Origin: a virus
Taxonomy: Duplodnaviria; Caudoviricetes
Reading direction: 5' to 3' (one strand)
IMG/VR virus record: IMGVR_UViG_3300023109_000031
Location: 1-55,633 of that record
DNA length: 55,633 bases
Position 1 is the stretch's first letter. Every line of letters starts with the position of its first letter. This document shows positions 54,863 to 55,633 of the stretch, in pieces. The notes under the pieces were generated by a model. It worked only from the letters and a program-made list of their open reading frames with translations. It was not told the DNA's origin and did not search any database. The position numbers and the translations under genes are program-made.

Positions 54863-55423
54863 ATGCAAAAAGCTTTTATGATTGCCGGTTTATTTATTAT
54901 GGTCCTTGCGAGCTCGGCAATTGCACAAACGACAAGCAATGTTAATACTGACTCAAAGTCAAATTCCACTGTAAACACAGATGCGAATTCTAAAACCATT
55001 GTAATATCACCACCGCCTTCGGCTATTAGTCCTGGCGTTGGCTCATCATCATCTGATCTCTGTTTATCTGGAGTCTCAGGTGCTGTTCAGACTCAAATCC
55101 TTGGTGTATCTACTGGGGAAATGGTCCGCGATGAAAATTGCGAAAGATTAAAAATATCTAAAACACTATACGATATGGGCATGAAAGTTGCTGCAGTATC
55201 AGTTCTTTGTCAAGACTTTAGAGTATATGACGCAATGGAAATGGCAGGAACACCTTGTCCTTTCTTAGGCAAAATTGGCGAACAGGCTGCGGATGAGTGG
55301 AAAAAGAATCAAGGTAGGATTCCACCGTCAGAGAAAATAAAAGGAGCTGATGATGTTCAAGAAAGAAATGCAAAGATTGGCGCTGGTATTGGCGGCCTTG
55401 CTTTGCTCTTACTCTTACTCTAA
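54863..55423 (+). CDS. Secreted/membrane Cys-containing protein, late
   Basis: Signal peptide, PPPSAISP, DENCERLK, MGMKVAAVS.LCQD, GTPCP; TATAAATA 54810-17; SD GAGGA. Confidence 0.75.
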   Translation: MQKAFMIAGLFIMVLASSAIAQTTSNVNTDSKSNSTVNTDANSKTIVISPPPSAISPGVGSSSSDLCLSGVSGAVQTQILGVSTGEMVRDENCERLKISKTLYDMGMKVAAVSVLCQDFRVYDAMEMAGTPCPFLGKIGEQAADEWKKNQGRIPPSEKIKGADDVQERNAKIGAGIGGLALLLLLL

Positions 55424-55633
55424 CGCTCAGGTCTCAACCACCACTCCAATATGCTCAACAGATGGCACTACTAATCCGTTGAATAGTAGCGTTAATGGCA
55501 CGTGTCTTGATCCCGTAGATAACACTATTAAACCTATTGGTGATCAAGGCGACTTTGGAACAGGTGGTCATAACACCGGTAGTTCTCATAATCAGATGTA
55601 TCAAATGACAAACAAAATGACTGGTGCAGTTAC
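55353..55633 (+). CDS. Secreted protein, partial (runs off window)
   Basis: SD AAGGAG; MFKKEMQRLALVLAALLCSYSYSNAQ signal peptide; open to the window end. Confidence 0.6.
   Translation, partial: MFKKEMQRLALVLAALLCSYSYSNAQVSTTTPICSTDGTTNPLNSSVNGTCLDPVDNTIKPIGDQGDFGTGGHNTGSSHNQMYQMTNKMTGAV

Noticed and set aside
1-55633. CRISPR array or DGR template/variable repeats
   Set aside because: Repeats found are dispersed promoters or intragenic protein repeats; no regular repeat-spacer array and no reverse transcriptase. The Cas4-like exonuclease is a common stand-alone phage gene.
1-55633. Stop-codon reassignment
   Set aside because: Core genes are full length in the standard code and end with TAA, TAG or TGA; no suppressor tRNA seen.

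Overview
55.6 kb of an AT-rich T4-like (Tevenvirinae/Kyanoviridae-type) myophage genome. The host is most likely an alphaproteobacterium, inferred from a two-piece permuted tmRNA with an ANDNF...AA tag. Left to right: baseplate/tail module (split gp5, gp27-like, gp53, gp48, gp4, gp2, gp54, gp26/gp51, tape-measure-like); gp32 and gp33; three tRNAs with candidate ncRNAs; a glycosyl/methyl/sulfotransferase island; endolysin, PhoH, PMM, RNase H, nrdB and an nrdA-glutaredoxin fusion; a run of proteins with T4-type capsid-targeting N-termini, including a KxDG ligase-like protein and a HIGH-type nucleotidyltransferase; early genes; a radical-SAM/2OG-oxygenase/sulfotransferase island; and the tmRNA. 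Fourteen sigma70-like early promoters and about nine TATAAATA late boxes are visible. Most notable: (1) a permuted tmRNA whose intervening segment is filled by a protein-coding gene; (2) a putative virion-packaged nucleic-acid repair set (ligase-like + nucleotidyltransferase + HAD phosphatase); (3) a lambda G/GT-like -1 frameshift joining gp26 to gp51 ahead of the tape measure; (4) RBS-sequestering promoter architecture and an anti-leader pyrimidine repeat. All family assignments come from motif recognition by eye; no database search was run.
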